DNA of 64,000 nt from Caecitellus pseudoparvulus (Eukaryota; Protista; Bigyra: Bicosoecida), in the NCBI GenBank assembly GCA_965644315.1, contig CBFFRQ010000044.1:248001-312000 (forward strand), given 5' to 3'. Positions 23,901 to 34,412 of this stretch are shown in pieces. The translations under genes were made by a program, and so were the position numbers. The notes under the pieces were generated by a model. The model was not told the DNA's origin, did not search any database, and was given only the letters and a program-made list of their open reading frames with translations. Within the stretch, counting starts at the first letter, position 1, and each line of letters starts with the position of its first letter.

Positions 23901-26669
23901 AAGAGCAGAGCGGTTTCAGCGTCTGGCAGCGCAGTGCAGCCTGCCAGCACCCACTGAGATACGTCATACGTTGCAGGGCCGTTCCAGTGCATCACAGTGA
24001 CTCCTCGCACCGCTCGAGGTGATTTCGATGCTGCGACCATGCCAGACACTGCAGCGGCGAACGCAGCAGCTTCGGCAGCGCATGCGTCTGCGATGCTCCC
24101 TTCCGTGGGTATGGCCTGCTTGGGAGCGAACGAGCGTGGCACGGCCGACGCACGGCGAGCGGCTCGCATCCCCCTGGCTGACGCAGACATCGGTCCACCG
24201 GCGTGTGCTGCGTGGGTGGGCCCATCCCGGAGCCAGGCTCGTGGAGAGCTCACCCGCGCGCAGTGCTGGGCAAGACACTGCAGGATGCCAAGGGAGGGAG
24301 ATGGGTCCCCCTCCTGCCCCTCCACACTCCACGTGTGGCAAGCTGCAAAGGCGCCTTGAAGACGGGCGGCGTGTGCCGGCCACATAACACAGCGCTGCAG
24401 CGTGGTGGCCCGAAGTGCGTCACTGTGTGAGCGAGCCGCGAGTGATAGGCTTGTGTGCGTCGAACTCGCCACGGGCGGCAGGTGCAACTGCACCTCAAAG
24501 GGGTCAACGACGCGCAAGGTTTGGGCACTGCCAGGCGCCGCAACCTTGCGCAATGTTCGTGTGATGCCCACCGAGAGGCGGCCCAGGAGCCAGGAGTGTG
24601 CGGCACGAAGCAGCGCGGTTGCCAGCGCACGGCACCGCAGGTGGGCCTGGGGCGGCGCCAGAGGAGTGCTGGTGACTTCCCCACTCGTCTCCACACACTG
24701 CGTTGCACTGAGGAAGTGACTGAGGGCTGCAGCGTCCACCCCCAGCAGCCTGGCCGCAGCGGATAGGTGGGACGGGTGTCGATTCCCTCGCGCCGCTGCA
24801 AGGAAGCTGGACGCCCGAAGACGTGAGGATGGGGGCCCGCCTTCTTCAACTTTGTGTTCTGAGTGGTCCCTGCCTGCAGATACCCACAGTGGGTTGTGTA
24901 GGGGCGAGTCACTGTCCTTCAAGGGCGCGACGAAGGTGCTGTGAGTCGTCGGCCGGCTTGACACTGACGTGCTGCGTTGTGTGTTCCGAGTGGAGTGCAC
25001 GCCGCTCGCACACAGCTGACTCAGGTGGATGGCAGCTGCCAGGACTTGCAGGGTCCCCCGCACGCCCTGCTCGTCGCAACCACACGCTTGCAGACAGTGG
25101 AACAGCGCCAGAAGTTCCTTCGCTGCTTGTGGCGATGCGACGGTGCTGCTGCTAGCCCCCCGCGTCTCCACACCCCATACATCTTGCAAAGTGGCGCCGT
25201 GAGGCAAGCACAGGTGCAGAAGAGTTCGGCTGAAGTTCAGGTGGGGAGGCAGGTCGCCTTGCGACGTAGCATACGGACCGCCTGGTCGCAGGGCGTGTGC
25301 TGCATAGCAGCAGGTCGCATGCAGCATGGCCAGGAGGGGACTGAGGGCGAGGATGCCACCCTGGTCTGGCGTGCCCCATGCTGCGTTTCGAGCGACGTCC
25401 CATGTTGCAGTGACTCCCACACACTTTGGCAAGACAGCGGTGTCAGCTCCTCGCCTTCGCGCGGCTGCAGCGGAAGTCGGCACATGCCCGAACACCAAGT
25501 GAAGCGACCCCGACAGCAGGTCTGTTCCACACAACACCCGGCGGAGGGTAAGGTGCAGGTGGGGTGGGGTGTTGCTGGAGTCATCGTGTGCTTGCATGCC
25601 GGGTGCGTTGCTCAGCAGTGCCGCGACGAAGCTGGGCGCAGTGCATGGGTGCCGCTGTGGGAGCAGCAGTTGGTGGAAGGCGATGGAGACTTGGGGCATC
25701 TTATGTCTCTGCTGCGTTGCGTCCTCAGGCTGGTCTGCCGGCGGCATTGCGATGCGGTGGGCCCACCCACTCCGCGCACTGCCCAGCCACGCCCACGCCC
25801 GCGCAGCCAGCTTGGGGAGGGGGGCGGCAGGGCTGTCAGCGGGAAGGAGGAGGCTCCCTGGCCCCAGCTGTACGCCAGGTGTGGCGGAGTCACCCTCCGT
25901 GCTGCGTTTCAGCGCGTATGCCAGTGCCGGCGCGCTGACGCAGGGCAGCAGCGCGCTCAGGCTTGCGCCTTCCTGGCTGTGCAGTGGGCAGAGCTCGGGC
26001 ACCCTGGCAGTGAGGACACCCTGAGCAGGTGCTGTGCTTGCGGCGCCATCGTGCACTGTCAGGCCACCCTGGTCGTCCACTGCCCAGTGTTGCTGCGATG
26101 CGAGGGCCGGAGCCCAGCCCTCGCAGCTCTCCCTCAGCACGGCAGTGGGTGGCTTGGCTGTGGGGAAGGAAGTGCGTGCGAAGCGTTGGAACAGATAAGT
26201 GCTGAGTGGATTGGGCATTGTTGCCCACCGCCCGCATGGCCTAGCGAGCCAGGCAGGGGCCCAAACACGCACCTGGCTGGGACTGGGCGCTGCGAAACGC
26301 AGAGTCGAAACGCCGCTCCACATCGACCGTGCCCCACGCTCGGTGCAGCCTCGCCAGGAGCCGCTCTTGCAAGCCATGCCATGGTGCATGTGAATCCTCT
26401 GCACCATCCACCCCAACCACGTCTTCTCGTCTTGGGAGAGCGGTGAGAGGTGCAGGTGCACCCTGCTGAGTGCGAGCGAAGCGGGCGTGGTGTCGACCCT
26501 TCACCCGCAGACCACCCTGGGCAACGAGGCCTCGCCCCTCGCCACCGCCAGTCGTGGACGTGGAGGAAAAGGAAGAGCCCGAGTCACTGTCTGAGTCACT
26601 GCCGCCCAGCGCAGCTCGCCGCCGCCGCAGCTGGGCGGCCAAGTGCGCGTGCACCGCGCCACCCTGCAT
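17930..26669 (-). CDS. Very large (over 2800 aa) protein with a degenerate myosin motor-like region and an IQ motif. 5' exon structure uncertain
   Basis: Uninterrupted ORF 17930-26461. Myosin-like segments occur in the correct order: LQVLAAAIHLSQL, AARLLGVD...QA...ALATAL...WLLGRL, VMHWNGPATYDV, LCLAP, LTDSGVL...RAGLP, then the IQ motif AAQCVQRWTRGFLVRRR. No GESGAGKT P-loop seen. Candidate start ATG 26669 needs an intron that was not resolved. Confidence 0.6.
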
Positions 26670-26858
26670 GCTTCTGCACGCCTGCGAGCCGCCACGCGAG
26701 GCAGAGGGGGAGGAGGGCTGTGCGGTTGCCTCGCCTGAATGCCGCAATACGGCAGCACCCAGCGTGGTGCGTTTTGTGCTTCCTAGTGCATTCTAGCAGT
26801 GTGTGAGGCAGCCCACGCAGCGAACCAGCTGGGGTTCCCACCTACGTGCCCCGTCTCG

Positions 26859-29800
26859 TCAAGGCGACGAGCTTGGGGCAGGAGCTGCGCTGCCTTCTGT
26901 CGCCTGCAGGGTGATGAAGGGGTTGGGAGGGGGGTTCACGCCCGCCGGGATCACCTGCGCATCAGCCCTTGCTGCCTGCTCTGGGTGCTCCGTGCGCCAG
27001 GTCTGCACATGCGCACGCAGACGCTCCACGAAACACTCCTGGAAGATCAGTTGGCGGGCTGCGTCTTCATCCAGAACAGGGAGCCTGCCTGCTCGAGCAC
27101 CCTGTGCACCCCCCCCTGCCGCGGCGTCTGGTCCAGTGGAGGTGGGGGATGCCGCGGAGCTGCAGGGGGGGTCCTGTGCCTGTGCCGCAGAGCCGGTGCT
27201 GCCGCCGGGCATCCTGGGTGACCCGGAACACGGAACACTCACGCGCATGCCTGTGCGTGCCGCGAGGGGGGAGTCCTGCAGTGTGACGGTGGAGGGCGGC
27301 GGTGCCCCCCCAGACCCAGCGGGGAGGGGCTTGACCCACGCGTCACCCCGTGGGCCGCTGTGGCTGGCTGCGGAGCTGGAGCCCCCACTCCGATCTGACG
27401 CTGTGCGCTCAGCTTGGTGTCCTGCCAGGGCGTCCAGGCTACGGGGCCGGGGCATGGGGTGCTTTCCGGCCGAGGCTGGAGGGCGCACGAGAGCTGTGGC
27501 GGCGTGGCGTGTTGGGCCCGGCTTCTGCTGCACGCGCAGCATGCTGAGGGCGGTGGGCCCACCCTTGCCTGCTGCCGGCACCACCCCTTTTGCTGGTCTG
27601 GGCGCCTGCTTCACGGGGGTGGGGGGGCCACTGCCCGCCGCCGACCTCTCACTCTCAGTGCCGGCTTCTGGGATGGGGGGTGGGGCGGTGGCAGCTGGAG
27701 AGGTCGGCTCCAAGCTGTGCCGTGCCTTGCTGCCGGTGAGGGTGCCGTAGTCTGATGCGTTGAGGATGATGGTCTGCTGGTCACCGTCCCACACCTGTCC
27801 CAGCAGGGCCACAGGCCCCACCACAGTCACCCGCACATCCACCTGGCTGGCCTGAGGCGGCGGCAGGGGCTGGGGCCCCGAGCTGGTGTGCTGCAGGCGA
27901 CCTACACGGGCGAGGCCGCCGCCCTCGGCCCCTGGCAGGGCCCCCCCTCCGGCACCCACCTGGCCCACACCCGTGCCGAGTGACTCGCCTGCCAGGGGGT
28001 CTACCGTGGCTTGCTGCGTCTCTGACGCCTTGGGACTGGCGTAGGGGACCATGGCCACGCTCATGAGGGTGGGCCCATCGCCGCCGGTGGGCGGGCGGAT
28101 GAGAGGTGCGTTGGACCCTGGAGGCCCCGTCAGGCTGCGCCCCGCGCCGACACTGCCTCCCCCCTCCACCCGGTGCAAGGCACTGCCTTCAGACAGCACG
28201 CGGCGGAGACCAGGTTTGCCCAGGGATGTGCCCGCTGCCGGCCCTCCCCGCCGCCCCAGCACGCGTTCTGAGGACACGTACGGCACGTGGGTGCGACCAG
28301 GCGCGGCGGTGGCCAGGGCTCCAGCGCGGTGGTGGGACCAGGACGTCTCTGAGCGCTGGATGGACATGGTGCCGGCTGAGGGGGTGGTGCCGGGCGCCGA
28401 CGGCGTGCGGCGTGCGGCAGACCAGACGGTGAAGGTGGCTGCGCGGTGGAGGGAGGGTGCAGAGGGGGGGGGCGCACCCCCCCCCTTCGCCGCTGCGGCG
28501 GGTCCCAGGGACAGGCCTGCCATGGCGCCACCGGCGGGGCGTGCGCCCATGTGCAGGGGGGGCATGGCGCCACCGCCCCAGGACCCAGGAGTCACGAGCG
28601 GCGACGTGCGCCCCCCCGTCCACACAGCAGGGGGGTGCGTGGGCCCACCCCCCGCTGTCTGACTGCCCAGCTTAGGGAACAGCTCGCCACCCTGCGCCCC
28701 ATCACCACCTCCACCGCCGGTCGACGCGACCACTGTGCTGGTGGAGCCAGACGCCCCACCACTCGTGCTGGCAGGGGCAGCCGGGGGACTGGAGGCCCCA
28801 CTCACCAGGGCTTCCAGCAGGCGGCTGCTGGGGGGCACAGCTTGCAGCAAGGACGACCCGAGGGTGTGGGGTGGCATGACGCCGGCGCCGCCGACGACGT
28901 CGGCAGGTCGCACAGACCGACGGCGTAGCTCCTGCACCGGCACGGGCTCCACGGCGCCGTCTGCATCGTCTTCGTCGTGGGGGTCGTACCCGTGGGCCTC
29001 TGACTTGCTGCGGGGTTTGTCGCTGCGACCTCGGCGCCCGCGACCCTTGCGAGCCCGCCCAGCTCGCAGGAAGTCCATGAGGCAGGCGGAACGGTCGCCC
29101 GACTTGCGGGAGGTGGGCCCACCCCCCGCCTCGTCGTCGGCACTGGAGTCACAGTCGCTGCGGTCGCCAGACAGGTGGCTTGCAATGCCGATGGCAGCGT
29201 CCAGCGACGTCGCTCGGTTGTCGCGACGTGCTGCGATGGAGGCCCGGAAGACCGCCTGGCGCCGCGCCTGCAGGGTGGGGTCGCCCCCCCTCACGATGTT
29301 CCGGCGCAGGGTGGAGGCGTGGGGGTCGCCGGCTGGGCCGAGGCGGGGCGTGGTGGTGGCGGCGCCCGCGCCCGCGCCCACCCCCCCACATCCACTGCCC
29401 AAGCTCACGGCTGACGACTGGTGCACGGGGGATGCCTCTGGCCCCGCACCATGCGCACTGCCGCAGCTGTCGCCGCCGCCGCCCCCCAGGCTCAGGTGGG
29501 GCGGGGACCTGGGCCCACCACTGGCCCCAGACAGCATGGGCGACGCGGCGGGTTGCGCCACCGCCAGCTCTGCAGCGAGGAATGACTCACGGGGCAGCGT
29601 CACCTCCCCGTTGGGGCCCTGCAACGCAGCAGTGAGGCAGGAAAACAGGGACTGCGTCTGTGACTCGGGCGCGTGTGTGGGCAGGGCGCTGCCGGGGGGC
29701 ACCGCATCCGCGTACCGGGCCAGCTGGAACTGGTCCATGCGCCCGCCCACGACGCCGGGGGGGACGTGTTCCGGCAACAGGGGTGTTCCGTCCACGGCCA

Positions 29801-32278
29801 CGGGTGCCCCCACGATGGCTGCGATGGCCGCCGCCAGGCCCTGCGCCAGGGCGTCCTCGCACTCTGGCCCCGACTGGAAGGCGACGTGCTTGACCGCAGG
29901 CGTGACGATGGCTGTGGTAAGGAAGCCGCCCCACACCACAGACACCGCCGCCGCCGTGACGGCCTCCTTCTCAGGCTCCCAGGACAGGTCGTCCCCGGCA
30001 GCTGCGACGTCCGGCAGGGCTGACTCGCCGAAGGAGGGCATGCGGGCGAGGGCAGGGGAGGGGGTGGGCGCGTCCGGCCGCAGGACACTCTGCACCACTG
30101 CGCGATCTGAGGTCATGGAGAGGGCCACGGACGCGCTCATGCCCTGCGCGTGCAGCAGGCTGCCGTCCAGCTCGGGCAGCAGGCGTGTGACGTTCACCGC
30201 CCGCCGCCGCGTTCGGCGCCCTGTCCGCCCCTCCACCGCCGACATGACCCGGGCGGCCTGGATGGCGGCGGCATCCGCCAGGGACCGCTGGAAGCGCCGT
30301 CGGTCGTCTGCCGTCACGGCGCGGTGGGGCTGCACATCTGTGCCGGAGGAGACGTCCCCGGGTCCGCCCGTCAGGCTGCGGCCGGGTACGGACCCGAAGG
30401 AGGTGTCCAGGGCGGAGGGGGGGGGCGGCTCCAAGGACAAGGTGGACGCCAGGCTGGTCTGGCGGGTGGAGGGGTCTCCCCCGCCACCCACGTCACCTCC
30501 GCTGCCAGGGGTGGCGGCGTGGGGGTCCAAGGCGGAAAATGGAACAGCGGGAGGGGCAGCAGCCAGTGCCGCCAGGGCAGGGGTGGGGGGTAGCCCCTGC
30601 AGGGCATCGGCGTCCCCCTGCCCCCGGTGGCTGGAGGTGCTGTCAGAGACGGAGTCTGACTCGTCGGAGTCACTGAGTGGCAGCGCGGATGAGGGCGACG
30701 CCGCCGGCGTACCACCCCCACCCGACGCTTGAGGGCTGACGCTGGATGAGAAGCGGATGGCAGGGGGGGGCAGTGTGCGCAGGATGGGGGATGCCCGTGG
30801 CGCACCCCCCGTCATGCGCACGGCAGCCATCTGCCGCGCCTGGTTCCAAATGTCCAGCAGGGCACACTTGCGCATGAACACGTTGCGGTTGGCCTCCAGG
30901 TCCTCCCGCGTGTACGTGTTCAGGCCGGGCAGCCACCCCGAAATGTCGTTCAGCGTCATGCCAGCGGCGACGCCCTGCTGCAGCAGGAGACTGCCCATGC
31001 GCACGAGCTCCAAGCACTGCTCCCGGATGTGCAGGGTGCGGCGCAGCATGGCGATGTCGGCTTCCACGTCCAGACGCGCGATGTAAGCTCGCAGGTCGGC
31101 GTGCACCGGCTCCCGCATGGCTGGCGCCTTGGCCCACTCCTTCTCCATGAACTGCATGGCCGACGGCATGCAGTAGCCGTGGTCGATGGGGATCAGAGTC
31201 CACATGTTCCCGTCTCCTGCCTCGCGCACCTGCAGCAAGTTCTCGTAGTTCCGGTCTGTGTTCATGATGCGGATGTCCAGCGCGGCGATGTTCTGCACGA
31301 CCTCAGGTCGGAAGGACGTCCACCACCGCTCCAGACACCCCCCCCGCACAAACACCTGGAAGGAGCCCAGCTTGCGGGGGGGGGGCCGATACCCCCCTGG
31401 TGGGGACAGGGGACTGCTCGCAGCAGGCGAGGCACTCCCCCCGCTGCCACCGCCGCCGCAAGCAGCCGCCGCCCCGGGACCAGGGGCAGGCGTCAACACG
31501 CTGTAGGAACGGGACCACGCCTCCACCAGCCCCGTGGGCGGCACGCCCGCCCTGCCCTCGTGGTCCATCAGGTACGCTGCCACTTCCCGCACACACCCCT
31601 CGCCAGACATGATGCCAGGCTGGATGGGGGAGTACGTGCCCATGGCGGCCACGTTGCCCCGAGGGTTGTTCGGGGCGTAGGGCTCCTCATCCTGGGGCTT
31701 GAAACACGCCACGCGCCTGGGGGCGAACGGAAGCAGGGGCAGTGTGTGCGCTGCGGACTTTGCTGCCGCGCCGCAACACGCACCTGCCGTCAACAGTGCT
31801 GAGGAAGTACGCTCCACCCGTCCCATTGCCAGCCAGTTCGGGGCGCCTGCCGGAGTCTTGTCCCAGTGCGACCTGTGCACAGGGCAAGGGGGTGGTGTGG
31901 ACTTGCGCGCGGAATTTGCTTCGTGTGTCCTGCGCGCCTCACCTGCACCAACACTTCCTCCAGCTCGGGTGGGAAGGGGCACTGGCTTCGCAACGAAACG
32001 ATGCCCCACTGCCCTGATGCCTGCAAGTCAGGCATGCGCAGCGAAAAGTCTATGCGCGCCCCCTGCGGAATGCTGTCGTCCAGAGCCTCATCGTTGTGCA
32101 GCTCCCTGCGCTGGTACTGCAGCACCTGCTGCCCGACGGGCACACCCAGCCGCTGCTCCAGGAGGGCCTTGATGGCGCTGATGCGCGTGAAGTTCGCAAC
32201 AGACAGGTTCAAGACATGCAGCGCTTCGCCGTCCCGCCTGTCGCTGGTGAAGATGTGGACTCGGAGCTCGTGGGTCAT
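26859..32278 (-). CDS. Ubiquitin-like domain plus type II PI4-kinase (plant PI4K-gamma-like) with a long low-complexity tail. Exons 32278-31943, 31872-31784, 31716-26859
   Basis: N-terminal UBL domain (IKALLEQRLGVPVGQQVL). Kinase motifs GTGGAYF, FKPQDEEP, REVAAYLMD, GSFQ, DIRIMNTDRNYENLL and PIDHGYC. Spliced length 5283 nt is in frame (1760 aa). Confidence 0.88.
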
Positions 32279-32856
32279 GGCTGGCAAAGGGAGAAGCTAT
32301 GCAGCACAACGTTCAGGCAGTGCAGACACCCTGCATGTGCTCGTGGCGTGGGTGCGCTGCCGTTTGTGGCCAGGCAGCAAGCCTCCGGTGCGGGTGGCGC
32401 AGTGCAGCAGGAGAAACGCTGGCGCGTTGCTGCCAGCATCTGCTCACCCAAACGCCTTCACAGCACGTGCAGGCACATGGTCAAAGGGGACGTGCCTTAT
32501 ACCACACCGGGCCTGGGCATTTGACCGAGCAGTGCCTCTGCCACAGCGTGCGGCCCCCCCCCCCTCGGCGTGGTGGTGAGCGGGTGTGTGCCGCTGGTGC
32601 GTGAGGCAACTTTGTCTCAAGTGCACCACCTCGCACCTTGTGGCAGGGCAGCGCCTGCGGCGTGGAGGCAGTGCATGCCACGCGTACACTTGCCAGTGCA
32701 CCCCCCCTCGCGACTCATCCACCTTGCATTGCACCTTCACCACTGCGAAGCCTCGCCAGTCCTGGCCTCTCGCCACCTGGCCGCCTCCACAGTCACACCG
32801 GGCGGAGCCCGTCCCAGCGCCACTGGACGGGGCTGTGCTACAGTGCCTTCCCCCCC

Positions 32857-33894
32857 TCACGGCGCCTGGGGCATGGAGTTGAACACTGTGGCCCAGTAAG
32901 CACAGCGCTTGCCGTCGGTGCGAGGCCCCTCCTCCGCCTCGTCCCACTTCATGAGGCCCTTGAAGTGCTGCATGATGTAAGGTCGCATGTGCATGCCGCC
33001 CACCGCGTCGCGCGAGCCGCCCGTGTGGTAGAACCACACCGTGTCCTTGTGTGTCACCGTCTTGAGTGCGTACAGCATGTCGGACGGGTGGATGGCGTCC
33101 AGGAACATGAAGTCACAGCTGATGCCCTCCTGCGCTGCCTTGGCAAAGGTGGCCTTGAAGTCGCCCTGGTGCAGGGTGACACGGGGCCCGAACACGCCGC
33201 GGAGGTACCCCGCGACCTTGGCCTGGATGTCCGACCCCAGGTCGAACGAGTGCACGTGTGGCTTCCACTCCACAGACCCTGCAGCCATGAGCAGCGTGGA
33301 CACGCCAGTGCCCATGCCCACCTCGCAGACGCTGCCGGGGCCCTTGGCACGCTTCACCATGTCAAACATGAACTTCTGTGTTCCGCCGCAAATGGCCAAG
33401 CCGCCGTAGCCACCCCCCTGCCCTGCGTTGATGATCATCACGTCACGCACGTTGGCCTGCAGATCAGGCGGCAGCTCCGTGGAGATGTTCACCTTCTGCA
33501 ACTCCGATGGCACGCCGCCCAGGGGCTTTGGCTTGGGGGGCGTCACCGGCTTGGGAGGCGGCGGGCAAACCACTGGCTTGGGCTCGGGAGCCTTCTCGAC
33601 GCTGGCGGGAGTGTTGGCAGGCGCCTGCACGTACACGACGGGCAAGAACCCGCTGGGGACGTTCTCTGCGGCAACATAGCCCCCCTTGATGTCTGCACGC
33701 GCGACGACTGCGTCTGGGACGACAGTGGCGGGCTTCACAGCGTGCACGGTGGCAGCGGCGCCGACTGCTGCAGGCGTCGGTTGTGACGAATCGGACAGGC
33801 ACTGGTTGGCCCCTACGAGAGACAGGATAACCAGGGCTGCCCCCAGGGCAGCAGCAATCCACATCCAGTGGCTCTGCTTCATGGCGTTGGCCAT
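32857..33894 (-). CDS. Type II membrane class I SAM-dependent methyltransferase (Methyltransf_24-like)
   Basis: N-terminal TM anchor, Pro-rich stem, motif I VCEVGMGTGVS, then SFD, GDF and FLDAIH. Intronless. Confidence 0.75.
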   Translation of the reverse strand: MANAMKQSHWMWIAAALGAALVILSLVGANQCLSDSSQPTPAAVGAAATVHAVKPATVVPDAVVARADIKGGYVAAENVPSGFLPVVYVQAPANTPASVEKAPEPKPVVCPPPPKPVTPPKPKPLGGVPSELQKVNISTELPPDLQANVRDVMIINAGQGGGYGGLAICGGTQKFMFDMVKRAKGPGSVCEVGMGTGVSTLLMAAGSVEWKPHVHSFDLGSDIQAKVAGYLRGVFGPRVTLHQGDFKATFAKAAQEGISCDFMFLDAIHPSDMLYALKTVTHKDTVWFYHTGGSRDAVGGMHMRPYIMQHFKGLMKWDEAEEGPRTDGKRCAYWATVFNSMPQAP

Positions 33895-34412
33895 GCTGCC
33901 AGCTCAGGCAGGGCGAGCAGCACCACGTGACAGCCAGCGATGAAACGCTTGCACTCGGACCAATGCAGGGGCGTGGTGCCGGCGCTGGGGCAGCTTTCGT
34001 GTTCCGGGGGCGCCTGTGGTTGGTGTGATTTGGGGTTGTGTGGGCTTGTGGATGTCTGGCTCCTGCCATGGCCTGGGGGGGCATGGCCATGGGACTCCAG
34101 CACCTCATGTGCCTCCTGCCTCCACCGCGATCCGCAGTCCATGCAAACCGCTGCCCGCCACACTGTCCACAAACACTCCTGGCGTGCCAGTTTTTGTCTG
34201 GGCGCCCCAGCTAGGGCACACGGTCAAGTTACTTTGTCCTCTGCCCACTGTGCCGCAGACTTGGCCGCTCTCCGCAGCTTCGTGCAGTGTGGGTGGCGTT
34301 TCATCTTCGCCACTGCGCGACAAGCGGCACGCCACCGTGCCTGCCGCCGCCGTGCTTGCCCCAGGCAACGAGTGCCGCCACGCACGACCGTGTCACGCAT
34401 TTCATCCCCCGC

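Noticed and set aside
28735-30732. 665-aa + strand ORF, and similar long antisense ORFs (6132-7229, 11039-12403, 24977-26446, 44929-46920, 53424-54890, 57875-59512)
   Set aside because: Shadow ORFs opposite well-supported genes, expected in high-GC DNA, with no domain motifs.
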